Source: Chromera velia (taxonomy: Eukaryota). From it: DNA of 64,000 bases. Numbering within the stretch: position 1 is the stretch's first letter; every line of letters starts with the position of its first letter. Under the pieces are notes generated by a model. The model was given only the letters and a program-made list of their open reading frames with translations, was not told the DNA's origin and made no database searches. Shown piece by piece: positions 1-13,215 of the stretch. The stretch covers positions 1 to 64,000 of the forward strand of contig JAHBMJ010000212.1 in NCBI GenBank assembly GCA_018398765.1. Reading direction: 5' to 3'. The position numbers were made by a program, and so were the translations under genes.

Positions 1-11
1 ACACACACATG

Positions 12-64
<53 letters not shown>

Positions 65-79
65 GCACGCACGCACGCA

Positions 80-117
<38 letters not shown>

Positions 118-125
118 AGCATACA
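1..125. repeat. (CA)n microsatellite
   Basis: Near-perfect AC dinucleotide run. Confidence 0.95.
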
Positions 126-141
126 CGCACTTGCGCGCGCA

Positions 142-2558
142 AAGTGAGAGAAAGAAGCTTTCTCCACTGGACGTACGGAAGCTTTCTCAATCGGGCACCA
201 AATTCATTTGGCAGCCACTCGGCATCGCTGTCGAAAAAGAACGGTTTGTCGGGCGTCTCTGTCTGCCTGTGTTTTGGCTGGGCTTCCCTCAAAGAATGGA
301 GAGAGTCCTCTATGCCGTGTGAATGGATGCCGTGCGAATGGATGTTCACGTGTTGTTCGTTTGTTTGCTTGCTTCCTTCCTTCATTCAAACACCTGCAGG
401 TCAGGCAGCGGAGGGCGGAGAGTTCTTCAAGCCCTTCTGCCGGGAGCACAAGAAGATGGCATACGAAAACTGCGACGATGTGAACACTCCTTTTGTAAGT
501 CGGACGGATCTCCATCTGATTTGTTTGTGTGTTGTGGCCCGTCGTCTGTTTCGTCTGTGGGCCGTTTTCGACCGAAATCAGAATGGTTGACTAGTGTGTT
601 CCCCCCCCCCCTCCCGTCTATCTGAAGGAGTATACAGGGGTGCCAGAGAAACGCAAGAAAACAAAGCTGCGTTGGTCTCCCTCTTGGTCAAGCGTCGGTT
701 GTGCGTTTTTTCAGGGCCTGAGTAGCCCCGCCAGTGCCCGGGGGGGGGGGGNNNNNNNNNNNNNNNNNGGGGGGGGGGGGGGGTTGGTTCGCTTGGTGTA
801 GATGCAGGACTGCTTTTTCATTCGGTTTCTCTCACCCTCAATCTTTCTCTCACTACCTACCGTTATCTTTTTTTTTCTTCCTCCCTCCTCCTTTCGTGCA
901 GGAGGAAAGAGCCCTCGCAAATGATCACAGGGTCTTCCGGCTGGTGAATCTGGCTCGGCGCAACAGAACTCTTGAACAGGTCGGTCTCAGTCTCTCTCTC
1001 TCTCTCTCCCTTGTCTTGGTCATTTTCTCATTTTTTTGTGCCTCTAGCTCTTCTGCTTTGCTATTACCTCAACTCGCATTGATCTGTGTGTCTGCTTGTC
1101 TGCCTTTCTAAGTCAGGGTGCCGGTCTTGCGTTTCCGATAGTGTCAGTCTTTGCTCTCTCGCTCCGCCCCCTCCCCCCTCCCACCTCCCGCTCTCCCTTT
1201 GTGTGAACGTGTGCGTGGGTCTGCGGGTTTATCTCCGCCGGTCTGTCAAGGATCGGGCACGGCGTCTGCCTTGATTTGATAAGGAGGCATGCAGTGAAAG
1301 AGAGGGAGAGGGAGAGAGAGAGAGAGCGAGCGAGAATCAATCCATCCATCAGGGGACTGTGGGTCGAGCGCTTCTTTGTGTTGGCTTTTCTGCCCATTAG
1401 ATCTCTGAGAGGTCTCGTTGTCTTGCTTCTCAGCGAGACGGCTTTTTCTCTGGGTGGATCACTGCTCTTCTGCTTGCTCTGCCTGTGTGTGATTGAATGT
1501 TGGGAGGGAGCTCTTCTGTTTTCTTTTTGTTTCTACCTCTTGATTCCTTGACCGATTCATAAGTGGATACTTTTGTACCTTCCTGGGCCAATCTCCGTAT
1601 GAAAAAGATCAGAAAATTTTCGACGTATGCCATAGATAAATGTACTTCTACGCTTATGATAAAAGCATCAATCAAAAACTATGGTGCGCCACGGCATCCC
1701 TCACCTACCCTGTTCCCCTCCGCTTGTGCAGGAAATCAAGGCAGCCATCGCCGAGAAGAGCGTCTGGTCAGTCTCTTCGTCCGCATCCGTATCCCTCTCT
1801 CCTTGTCTTTCTCTCTGATTTTTTGACAACCGATTTTTTTTTTTTTTTGCCGTACAGTTTGAGTTAGTGCTTCAAATGGATTGAGCTCGCCGTTCCTGTG
1901 CGCTTCATGCGGGCAGTCACTCTCCTTTTCTGGCTGCGGAGACGAAAACACCCCGACAATGTGCTGGATTGAATTGTCTCTCTTTGGCTGACTTCCCATC
2001 GTCTGATCAATGCCTGTTTCCTTCGGCCGCCTCCTCTGTTTCCTTGAGGGAGCATGAAGTCTCTTGCTGACTGATTTCCTGTACTTCGACTTTGAGTGCG
2101 AGTTTTATTGCCTCACTGCTTTCTTGGTTTTCTTTTCTCCTGCTTGCAGGGGGATGCGAATGTCTGAGCGAATGCTGAGTGTCAGTCAGGGCCGGGGTTT
2201 CACAAGAAAGAGGGAAGAGGGAACAAGTAGTATGTGCTGCTGAAAGGTGCTGGCGCTGGTCCCTCTTCCTGCTTTCCCCTTCGCATGCAAGACTGCACGA
2301 TGGAGATGAAGGCGCGGCACCCGCAAATCGATTAGATTTCGCGGAGTGGTTCTTTGTGGCAGGATGCGTAGGTCTGCATGTGTCTTTGTGCATACATCTG
2401 ATGATTGTGTGTTTTTGTGTGCCCGCCTTTTCCTTCTTGCAGGAGCTGCGACAGAATATGTTGATGATCAACAAAATTTGGAAGAAAGGAAGAGAGGAGG
2501 GTGTGGCAGAGCTGAAAGACATCGAGCTCGAGATAGATCCACCGCTCCCCGAGAAGGG
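142..2558 (+). CDS. Partial multi-exon gene, unknown product (exon structure only partly resolved)
   Basis: Exon-like blocks with AG/GT boundaries: ...-243 joins 400-494 in matching phase (GQAAEGGEFFKPFCREHKKMAYENCDDVNTPF|gtaagt); 902-979 (EERALANDHRVFRLVNLARRNRTLEQ|gtcggt); ~1732-1766 (EIKAAIAEKSV); ~2443-2557 (ELRQNMLMINKIWKK...PLPEK|gtaagg). Pyrimidine-rich introns lie between them. No domain recognised. Confidence 0.5.
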
Positions 2559-2804
2559 TAAGGATGAGGCGGGGGGTTCACGTGGAGATGTTCAAATGGA
2601 ATCTTAATAATCGTCCAGGGCCGGGGATTGAACAGAGAAGAATTTTGGAGGACGGCCGGGGTCTTTTGAACATCTGGAGAAAATATCTGGACAAGCGCGT
2701 GCAAGCAAAAAGCAGTGCACATAAAGCTAGGATGATCGAAGTGCAGAACGTCATGCACACAATGTGCAGTCTGATTGTGATTCTGACATTGTTCGGTCAA
2801 AGTT

Positions 2805-4565
2805 GGGGGGTGTTACGGGGAGGGATCTAGGGAGGGATTTAACGTTTATCTAGAGAATCAGAGTCCTATCGCGGCCCTTGCCGGGTGCGGACATCATCTA
2901 GGATATCATGCATTGACTTAAACTTCTACAAAAGTCTTACAGTTTCTAAATTTTAAAGAAATTACTATGTATGATGATGAGACTAGTTATGAGAAAAAAA
3001 AATCTAGAACAGTGGAACATATTAATTTCACATGATTTGATTTGAGAAAGAATACAATGATATTACAATCTTATATCAGATGTTAAATCAAATTTTATCT
3101 TTAGGTCCGATCAAACTGTGACCTGTTTTAGCATCTAGTTCTGAAACTTTCTATCAAATTTAGATCAAATGGGGGGGAATGCATTTTAAGATCTGTTCCT
3201 AGCACGTCCGCCTTACTTTGGTCACAAAGTATCATAAAGTTTGGTCCTTCCATTCCTCTACGCAACACTGCAACACATCTGCTTACATTGCTACACTCTA
3301 GGTCCTACTCGATCAGTCTTTTATGGTTTAGTCATCCATGAGGATGAGCGCACTGCTGAATCCCCCCATCCCCCCCCCTTCACCGGAGTGGCCTCGCATG
3401 CCCCTGATGCACGCACTTGCGGCCCGTAGGTGGGCAACTTGCAGCCAAGCTCGGATTTAGCCACACACCTTCCTATACCCCTGTTCCCATTTCTCGTTTA
3501 AAAGTCCTGCCAGCCTGTATAAAAATGTGTTGGCTTCCTTGTGGAGTGTGCCATTGACCAGGCTCACTAGTGGGATGAAGTCGTATCCCCTGTCCTCACA
3601 TACCCTTGTGTGCTTCGTTTTCTTTTCTTAAGCTTGGGAAAAGACTAAGAAAGAGAGGACGGCGGTCTATGGGGTGTTGTCTTTGGAAGCAGTATACGGG
3701 TTCCTCACCCTTGTGCAGGGTTGTTAAGTACCATGCCTTTCGGTACTTCAGTACTTTAGGGAGGGGTGGTTCCGTACGTTTATCGGTACCGGTACTTTTA
3801 GTACTTTGAAAATTTTGCTTAAACTAGGCTTTATAACGTTAAAATGATTGGATTCCAGGTTTTTCCACTAAAAATAAACGTAACTAGAGTTTAATTTTAT
3901 TTATCGTGCCGCGCGTGGGCCTGCTCCACTTTATTCCGCTTGCCACCAGGCCTGCCATGGGCTCATGGCTACTTTTCTAGAGTTTTGACTCTAGAACACC
4001 CATTTTTCCACATCATGCTCACCTAGAAGTAGCAGTCTAGGGCCTTATCCTAGGCTTTATCTTATAAAATTTTTGCTGGTGACGAAAGCACCGACAAAAA
4101 ACGAAATTGGGGGTTGGTTCCGTTTTTCGGTACTTACAGTTGTCGGTGATTAACACCCCTGCTCTTGTGTCGAAAATTGCCTGCCTCTGTCTGACATACG
4201 CCTCCCCGCACCTGGAAGTCCCCTGTCAGCCCTGGGTACCCCGGCACCTCCCTCTCCTCCTGAATAATGAGTTCACGACCATTTACTGCCCCCGCTGGGT
4301 CGGCCTCGGCTGCTAGCCCAGCCCAGGTGGCGTTGACGTCACTGTGATACAGAGTGAAAAATCCTCCCACTTTACATTGTTTACAATTCAAGGCATGTTC
4401 TAGGGCACGTTCCTAGGCATGTTTAAAGTCGTACTCTTTTCAAATACTTGATCAAATATCACTTTGCTATAGATCATTTTGAATCTTAAATCTACCTGCT
4501 AAGGGGCTATCCAAATATTCATTTGCGACCTGATGGGTCACAGACCCCCCTCCCCCCCCCCTAGC
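2805..4565. mobile_element. Possible non-autonomous DNA transposon insertion
   Basis: Flanked by TCAAAGTT (2797-2804) and CCAAAGTT (4566-4573), a possible 7-8 bp TSD. G-rich left end and C-rich right end form a weak inverted repeat. Subtermini are AT/TpA-rich. Confidence 0.3.
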
Positions 4566-5043
4566 CCAAAGTTAGATGGTCGCAAACTTTTTTAAGGCAG
4601 TCTCAGATCGACATGCCAGACAGCAATGAAAAATGAGATACCGGCCGTTTGCAACAAAGAGGCACAGGCTAAGGGTGCCAGAGATAGACACAAGCAGGCT
4701 AAACGCAGTATTCTAACGGGCATGGGCACTAGTATGGGCACTGATAGTCAGCAACAAAGTTTCAGGCTCAGGCAGTCATTGCCAGACAGCAACGACAGAC
4801 CGCAGGCAGGTCGAAGTATAAAGACAAAAACGGTTAGGCCACACTGAAGAGGCAGAGGAGCAGCCCACAGCAGAAAGGTTAAACCAGACAGACTGCACTA
4901 AGAAGCAATGGGAGCGGGCAGTCAGCAAAGAAGAGGCAAAGACGTGCAGGCCACACCAAAAAGATAGAAACGGACGTAGGAAGCGACAGACGGACATATT
5001 GACAGATCGACAGGGAGGGAGGTAAAGAGAAAGTCTCAGAGTG

Positions 5044-5085
<42 letters not shown>

Positions 5086-5624
5086 CGTGCATGAGAAGCT
5101 CAGAGTCAGCGGGACTCCAAGAGAGAAAGATAAAGGTAGAGAGAGAAAAGGCATAGCGTTGATTTTAAGGGACGTATTTACATATGTTGGCGTGCTCGCC
5201 GTCTCTATATAAGACCCTAGGCAAGACCTTAAGCGGCCGAATTTTCAAATTCTGAGCTTCGCCTTCTGAGTCAAGTTCTGACCGCATCCGAGAAGACAGC
5301 TTTGCATCCACTACACCACTCATTCCAGCGGAAACTGTCAGTGAGGCTTGTGCCTTTTTAAATGGACTTTTGCCCTCAAGTCGGATCTGAAATATTACAT
5401 CACGTTTTATGTTATATTTATACTGCATACATCATCCTCTCTCTCCAATTAATCAGCCAAACAAAAAAAAAACATAAAGTACGTGCTCCGAGTTTCATGA
5501 ATGGTACTTTAAATCCGATTTTTTTTTTATTTTTGAAGTGTGATTGGTCCGACTTGAGGGCAAAAGTCCATTTATGAAGGCACAAGCCTAGTGATCTGGA
5601 GACTTTAGGCGCAACATATACAGA

Positions 5625-5705
5625 CACAGTAATACACATATATACATACACATACACACACACACACACACATACACACACATATACTCACTCACTTACT
5701 TATGC

Positions 5706-5763
<58 letters not shown>

Positions 5764-5950
5764 TCTCTCTTTCTCTCTCTTTCTTTCTCTCACTTACTCA
5801 CTCACTCACTCACTCACTCACTGTTTCTCTCTCTTACACACATATATACATACATACAGTATCACACACACACACATACATACACAAACACACACACACA
5901 CACACACATACACACACATACATATACACACACACACACATACACACAGA
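5625..5950. repeat. Compound (CA)n/(CT)n/(CACT)n microsatellites
   Basis: Directly visible simple repeats. Confidence 0.9.
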
Positions 5951-7087
5951 GGCAGGCAGATTGGAACAATCGATCAAGCTTCGTCTAGCTCTGGTATTGG
6001 GAGCCGGAGGATTGGGCAATGGATGCTAAACAAAGACTAGCGATTGGAACAATCGATCAAGCTTCATCTACAGAGAAAAAGAGAAAGAGAGAGAGGGAGA
6101 GCGAGAGGGGGAGAGAGAGACACACATATGCACAGACATGAAACACAGATACGCATACATACTTACACACGCAAAGACTCAGTGACACCCTCATCCACAC
6201 ACTCAATCAATCATTCTCTCACTGACAAAGTAAGACTTGACAGTGAGTCGGTGTGACTGTGCAATACCGACTCACTCACTCATTTACTTTGAGTCTCTCC
6301 GTCACTCACTGAGCCATTGACTCACGCACATATTGATGCACTCACTCACCCTCACTCACTCGCCTATGCACACACTGAGAGCTGACAATCATTCACAAAA
6401 TCATTGCTCATACACTCATAATCACTGCGTTTCTCACCCTGGGAGTCAGCCACTCACTCATTTACTCACTTGCTCACTCGCTTACTCACTCACTCAACAA
6501 CTGAAAGAGAAAGGGAGAAAGAAAGGCTGGCGGCTCTCAAGAAAGCAGAATGGCCGGTATGGTGTTGTGTCGTGTCCCGTCTCAAAATTCAGTTTCGTCT
6601 AGTCTATCTCTGGTACCCGTTAGAAGTAACATACTGCTCAGAGTCCACCAAAATCCAGAAAACTGCAAATCGTATACCCCCACACACGTTCAAATATTCG
6701 CACTGAAGCGTGCACAGCCATACACAGCCAAGAGTGGTAAGTAGACGGAGCTGCAGGGCTTCAGAAATGAAAGACAAATGGAGCCACAGAAACAGAAGGA
6801 GACGGAGCTGAGCTACATTCCTAACTGAAAAGAATTGTCGGCCAAAGATGCCTTTGAGTTGTAAAAATGATGTACAACTCACATTTACGCAAGTATTTTG
6901 GCAGCTGTTTCACAAGAGTTTGTACAAATACGTCTCGAACGGAGGGGAAACACCAGCAAAGTGAGCTACAGAACGAAAGAGACGGCCGACAGACTTTCAC
7001 GTGGCCGACAGACTTTCACGTGATCACTAGGTTCACACACTAATTCTCTGCTGCTTCCATTTAAGACAAGAGAGAGAAAAAAAGACA

Positions 7088-7156
<69 letters not shown>

Positions 7157-7189
7157 AATGCATAGGGCGGGGGGAAGAAAGAGAGAGAG

Positions 7190-7412
7190 AGAGCGTACAC
7201 GCATCCAGCCGCGCACATGGAATAAAAGGAGCAAAAAGGACAAAAGGGTGACTAGTTCTGAAAACGATATCTAGTTTTTCATGAAAACCATAATCTTTGC
7301 CGGAATACCACAGACGGCTCCACAAAACTTCAAAGAGATTAACGCAGATTGACGCAGTATAGTAACAGAAGCAAAAAGGAAGCAAACATTGGATAATTCA
7401 TGGAGGGGCGAA

Positions 7413-7456
<44 letters not shown>

Positions 7457-8946
7457 AGAGAGAGAAAGTGAATTTTCTAAACAGTCAGTTCATGGGATGG
7501 ATGGTCACGCACACCTGAAACCTACAAACAGATACATTCATACATACATAAACAGACATAGAGTGGCAGGAAAAAAAGAGAGAAAACGAGATTTGGAAAG
7601 GAAAGGGAAAACAAAAAAGTCTAAGAAAGGCTTCTGGTTTTCTACAGAGTGGAGAGACAGACGACAATCAGATGGGTGTACGGGGGAAATTATTTACAGA
7701 AACATCACCCTTTCCTGCATGAAACGTAGGCAAATCCCTTACTCGTGAAGCCGTAAAAGGTGCATACGGCTGTCTGATCCAACGGCAATCCACGTGTGCC
7801 AACAGGATTCCCTGCCCCATATTGCATATTAACAAAGGCAGACAAGTATATCTGTGTATAATCAATATGCAAGAAACCCAAAATGATTGTATCAGAAATG
7901 CAGTCAAATCAAGAACGACCATCCAGTAGAAAACAAAGAGATGTCAGCGGACGAACAAGGGGACAAACAAAGGGCGGGGGCAAAGGACCGTCTCACTCTG
8001 CATGCCTGCCTACAGGAATACTGAGGAACCAACTTTGCTTTAGGGTCTCCAGTTACAGACTTTTTGCAAGCACCATGTTCAAATTAGTGTAGAAGCGGGT
8101 CTCTGCAGTAGCAGTGTGCATACGTTTGCTAACACATCATATGAAAAAACAGAAATTGTGTGTGAGGTATAGAAGGTATGCATACAAAATTTTGAAGAAA
8201 AATCCAAAAATCTCTGTGAAGCACATTCAGTAGAGTTCCCATCCCCCCTCCCCTGGTGCACTATCTCTTTCGATGCGTATATCTCTGCATGCATGCAGAT
8301 GTACAATGCAGATTCTGTGTAAGGATATCAGACCAGTCTAATTTGGAGGTCGTATTCATACTCTATCACTACAAGCGTTACTAAAGGCCGGCTGGGTTGT
8401 AAAAACGTACAGGCAGAGATACTATTCAGAAAACGACAGGAAACGTACTGGGAGCCTTGTAAGCTAAAGAATCGACATCTTCCGTAGGTGCTAATGAAAA
8501 CTTAATTGACTTGCACCGACTGCCAATTTATTGTGCTTTTTGATTGAGGCATGCCATAAAAGGTGTTCATTTATATGAAAAGATACTGAACGCAGATTTG
8601 TTATTTGAATGAGAAGTGAAGCATCCATTGACTCTTTCCGCCATATTCAGTGCGATGAGTTTGACTCCCTCTGCAGCCCCTGCCTTCTTGATGTCCAGCA
8701 CGACTCTGCAGCTCAGCAAGCAAGTGCTCACACAAAACACAGAAGGGGGCAAGAAAAAGTGAGAGACAGAAAGATGCACTGCATATAGATTTGTGCCGCA
8801 CTATAATTTCTATGCTGCTGCAATATACAAACATACACACACATACACATACATACACACATACACATACACACACACATACATACATATACACATACAT
8901 ATACACACACACATACATATACAAACACACATACACACACATACAT

Positions 8947-8977
<31 letters not shown>

Positions 8978-9205
8978 AAGAGGGAGAGCGTACACCCATC
9001 CAGCTGCGCATACAGAACAAAAGGAGCGGAAAAGACGAAAGGGTGACTAGTTCTGACAACGATATCTAGTTTTTTACAACAACTACAAGCTTTGCCGGAA
9101 TACCACAGACGGCTTCACAAAACTTGAAAGAGATTGATACGGTGTATAGCAACCAAAGTGAAAGGGAAGCAAGCATTGGGTAGTTCATGGGGGGGCGAAA
9201 GCGAA

Positions 9206-9246
<41 letters not shown>

Positions 9247-9350
9247 AAAACAGAGAGAGAGAGAGGGCGTACTCATATCCAGCCGTGCACACAGAATAAA
9301 ACGAGCGGAAAAGACGAAACGGTGACTAGTTCTAACAACGATATCTAGAG
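7190..9350 (+). repeat. Dispersed ~240-bp direct-repeat modules bounded by (GA)n tracts
   Basis: ~7190-7430, ~8985-9215 and a partial copy at ~9266-9348 share e.g. GGTGACTAGTTCT..AACGATATCTAG; the first two also share CTTTGCCGGAATACCACAGACGGCT. Confidence 0.85.
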
Positions 9351-9383
9351 AGAGAAGAAGCGGAGAGGGGGATGGGGAGAGAG

Positions 9384-9430
<47 letters not shown>

Positions 9431-9444
9431 AAAAGAAGGACAGG

Positions 9445-9481
<37 letters not shown>

Positions 9482-11109
9482 CAGAAAATCTAAACAGTCA
9501 GTTCCTATGATGGACAGACGTCTTCCAAAATATATGAAAAACATTCAACAACAAGCCGAGTTAGGGAATGAATCATGGACTAAGATGGAGTAAGGAAAGG
9601 AAAAGAAGGAATTCCAACCGTTCAAATGATCAAGGGAAGCAAACTGCTTTCAAAACCCTGCACTCACTTTGTTACCGTCTACTGAGTTTGCTTAGATTTC
9701 TTTTTTGAGCTTCTACAGCCATGACCGATGTCATAGAATGTAGAGAAACTGATTTAGGGAGAAGCAAGCCATACAGTTACACCAATCTGACACTTTTGAA
9801 GTTTTGAGTGGAATGTAGACCAGGCCGATATACCAAAGTTCGACAGGCATGATATAGATAAGTGCTTCTACAAAAGAGGCACCCTTTCATCACTCAATAA
9901 AACGAGCCGGGGCACAGAGAAAAGAGAAAGAGGAAGGGAGAGAAGGACATCCATTTAGTTTAGAAGAAGGAAGCATAAAGATGTATATATGTACAGTCTT
10001 TTTCTATGTATATAACAAAGACTTTCACAGACCTCAATGCGCAGCTCAGCACAGGCGAACTTATATTTGAGGTGCCTGTGAAGCTTATAGTGTCGTGTTC
10101 CGTATCCGATTCGCCCCAGATTGGTTTCTCTCACCGTATTGTAGTAGACGAGGCGCGTGCTGCCCACCCCACCTTCCCCCAGCATACCCTTCGGTCTTAG
10201 CCAAAATTTGAAGCGGTCCACCTGTTGGGTCAGGTCTTTTTCCAACTTGGCCAGCTGCCTGATAGTCGCTGATAGTGTCCTGGCCCTTCTCCCATATATT
10301 ATAAAAAATGGATACTCTGTTCTCGAACTGAATATCTATATCTGCAGGATACTGTTCCTGGATCACCTCCTTCACTGCCATACGATGCATTTCCTCTGGC
10401 TTCATCCTGTATGCAGGGATAACAGAGAACTTGTCTGGGTCTGCGGCTGCAATTTAGGGGGCTCGAAAGTGGGTACAACAGCTAAGAGGGATTCACGTGT
10501 TGTTCAATAATACTAACTCGTTATTTCTCTTGCCAGAGAACCCATGAGTCAAGAATTCTCATGGTGACGAAGACAGATTGTCTCGTTTACCTTTGACAGT
10601 TTTGGCTGTCAGTATGCGAGAACGTGAATAAGTTCTAAACAAGTATATCTATCGACTTATCAGATAAATCGATAGGTTCGGATCATTTCGGTCTGAATTG
10701 AACTGGCTTTGACTTTCCTTGGACGTACCTATGTCCTGCCTTTCCCTCCAGTACAAAGTTGAAGGCAAACCTGCCAAAGTAAGAGTGATGGTGTTTTCTG
10801 CACTAGCAAACAAATATAGACAGAGCAAATTGAAACTGTTGCAAAGAATTCCACAGACGTCACTCACTTAGTTCCGGCAACTGTCTGTGTGGAGAAAACG
10901 TCTTCAGACAGTCAGCAAATGAATCAGTCAGCTGAGCTTCAGTGTTTTATAAGTTTCTATGGGTTTTACAAGCCAGCCTGGCTGCCTTAGCTCGACTTGC
11001 CACTATTGCCCCGCTGCCATGATAGCATCTTCCTCTGCTGATTGCACACTCTCCCGTAAGGCGTTGTTAAGCTTCTTTTCTTCATCCAAGTCTCCTTTCC
11101 CTCTCCAGG

Positions 11110-11345
11110 TAGACTGGACAGGGGAAAGAGGCTGAAGAGGGGAAAGAGGCTGAGGAGCGGAAGAAGGCTGAGGAGCGGAAGGAGGCTGCGGTCCTGGAGC
11201 AGAAGAAGGCTGAGAAGCGGAAGGAGGCTGGGGTCCTGGAGCGGAAGAAGGCTGAAGAGCGGGAGTAGGCTAGGGTTGTGGAGTGGAAGAAGGCTGTCAG
11301 GCTGAGGAGCGGGAGGAAGCTGGGGTCCTGGAGTGGATGGAGGCT
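11110..11345. repeat. Degenerate ~18-24 bp tandem repeats (GGAAGAAGGCTGAGGAGC-like)
   Basis: Encodes Pro/Ser/Gln-rich PQPSSA-type repeats on the minus strand. Confidence 0.8.
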
Positions 11346-12459
11346 GATTGGACTTCATGACATTGTGAGGAAAACCCGTCACCCCCCCCCCCTGGGCTTA
11401 TGACAGACAGACTCGGCACTGACATCTTTTTTTTCGGACGAGGGTTCCCCGAATCATTCCGTCCGAGTCCTGTCAATGACTGCTGCTGCTGCTGTTGGGT
11501 TTTTGCTCTTTCTTTCTTGAAGTTCGCCTCGCTTCGCCTACCCCAGTTGTTTGCGCCCCCCCTAGTTTTTGGGGAAGGCGGGGCTGAGGAGGCGGCTCTC
11601 TGGGGAGGGACAACATGCTGGGGAGGAGCCGTGTCCTTCAAAATTCTACGAGGACGTAGAGGAGCCAGGCGAACCTGCTTGCCATGAGAGGAGACCCCTG
11701 GCAGGACCAAGGGTATGTTCTCTTCATCAGACGAGCTGTGTTCAAATGGTTCTGTCCCCTCCAATCCTGTCTCTTGCAAACGTATCCAAATATTTCCGAG
11801 GATAAGTTCGTGAAATTCGAAACCAAAAGAAGCAGAAAAGTCACTGACAGGCTCACTCACCAATTTGTCCGCGTTCTTGACTCTTTTTTGGAGCTCCACC
11901 ATATTGATCCAGCCCAGTTCGCAGTGTTCTGGATCGTCGTGGTGACCGTACTTAGCGTTTGGGCCGCAAAGAAGAGAACACGTCCCATCCCTGTTCGGTA
12001 AGCGGTTGATGAGATTTAAATAATGGTCTTTCTTTATGTTAGAAAAGATATGCCATTTCTTCAAGTTGTGGTGATGATCGACACTTGAACCAGTTGACCT
12101 GGTCTACTTCCATCTTGGAAAAGTTGCAGCAAGATGCAGAAGAAGGGTTCAGAAAGCGAAAGTATGTGAAAGTGCCTGGAGATCGGCTGATCTCAGAATT
12201 AATAAAAGCATTTTCAAAAGCTTAGAGCTTGTTAAATGATCGCATCAGATCTCTTCACAATCACAGACAAGACGGTCACTTGATGTATGTGAGCTAACAG
12301 ACAAGAGGGTTGGTTATAGTGGTGGTGTTGTTTTCGTTTTGTGGTGGTGAAATGAAAATGGTGGTGGCGCCAGGCATCGCCGGGCATATGCATTTCGGCG
12401 GCACAAAATGATAAATTCATGTTCGCTTGCATGGTGTACGTATGCATGTATGCAGAGTC

Positions 12460-13215
12460 TGGCTTAGGAAAAAAAATTTATCATGGTGGGGTGAAAAGAA
12501 TCTGATGCACGCTAGGGAAAAAAAGGGGGGAAAGGGGGAAAAAGAAAAAAGGAAAAAAAAAAGTTTGCTACAATGTTTGCTAGTATTACTGAGGAGCGCC
12601 ATCCCGGCTTAGGGAAAAAAACCTACTATGATAGGATGAAAAGAATCTGATGCACGCTAGGGAAAAAAAGGGGGGAAAGGGGGAAAAAGAAAAAAGGAAA
12701 AAAAAAAGTTTCCTACAATGTTTGCTAGTATTACTGAGGAGCGCCACCCCGGCTTAGGGAAAAAAACCTACCATAGTGGGGCGAAACAAATCTGATGCAT
12801 GCTAGGGAAAAAAAGGGGAGAAAGGGAAAAAAAAGGGGGGAAAAAAAAGTTTGCTACAATGTTTGCTAGTATTACTGAGGAGCGTCACATACCCCGGCTT
12901 AAGGAAAAAAACCTACCATAGTGGGGTAAAAAGAATCTGATGCACACTAGGGAAAAAAGGGGAAAAAAGAAAAAAGGAAAAAAAAAAAGTTTGCTACAAT
13001 GTTTGTTAGTATTACTGAGGAGCGCCACCCCAGCTTAGAAAAAAAAACGTACCATGGTGGGGCGAAAAGAATCTGATGCACGCTAGGGGGAAAGGGAAAA
13101 AAAAAAGGGGAAAAAAAAGTTTGCTACAATGTTTGTTAGTATTACTGAGGAGTGCCACCCCGGCTTAGGGAAAAAAACCTACCATAGTAGGGCAAAAAAA
13201 ATCTGATGCACGCTA
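12460..13215. repeat. ~130-146 bp tandem minisatellite, about 5.4 units
   Basis: Units start near 12460, 12606, 12750, 12895, 13031 and 13161. Core: GAATCTGATGCACGCTAGGG-(A/G tracts)-GTTTGCTACAATGTTTGCTAGTATTACTGAGGAGCGCC. Confidence 0.95.

Noticed and set aside
5163..5620. TTAA-flanked MITE
   Set aside because: Only a short imperfect inverted match (ATATGTTG) and no matching right TSD.
12460..13215. CRISPR-like array
   Set aside because: Whole units are repeated with only homopolymer variation; no unique spacers, no cas genes, eukaryotic context.
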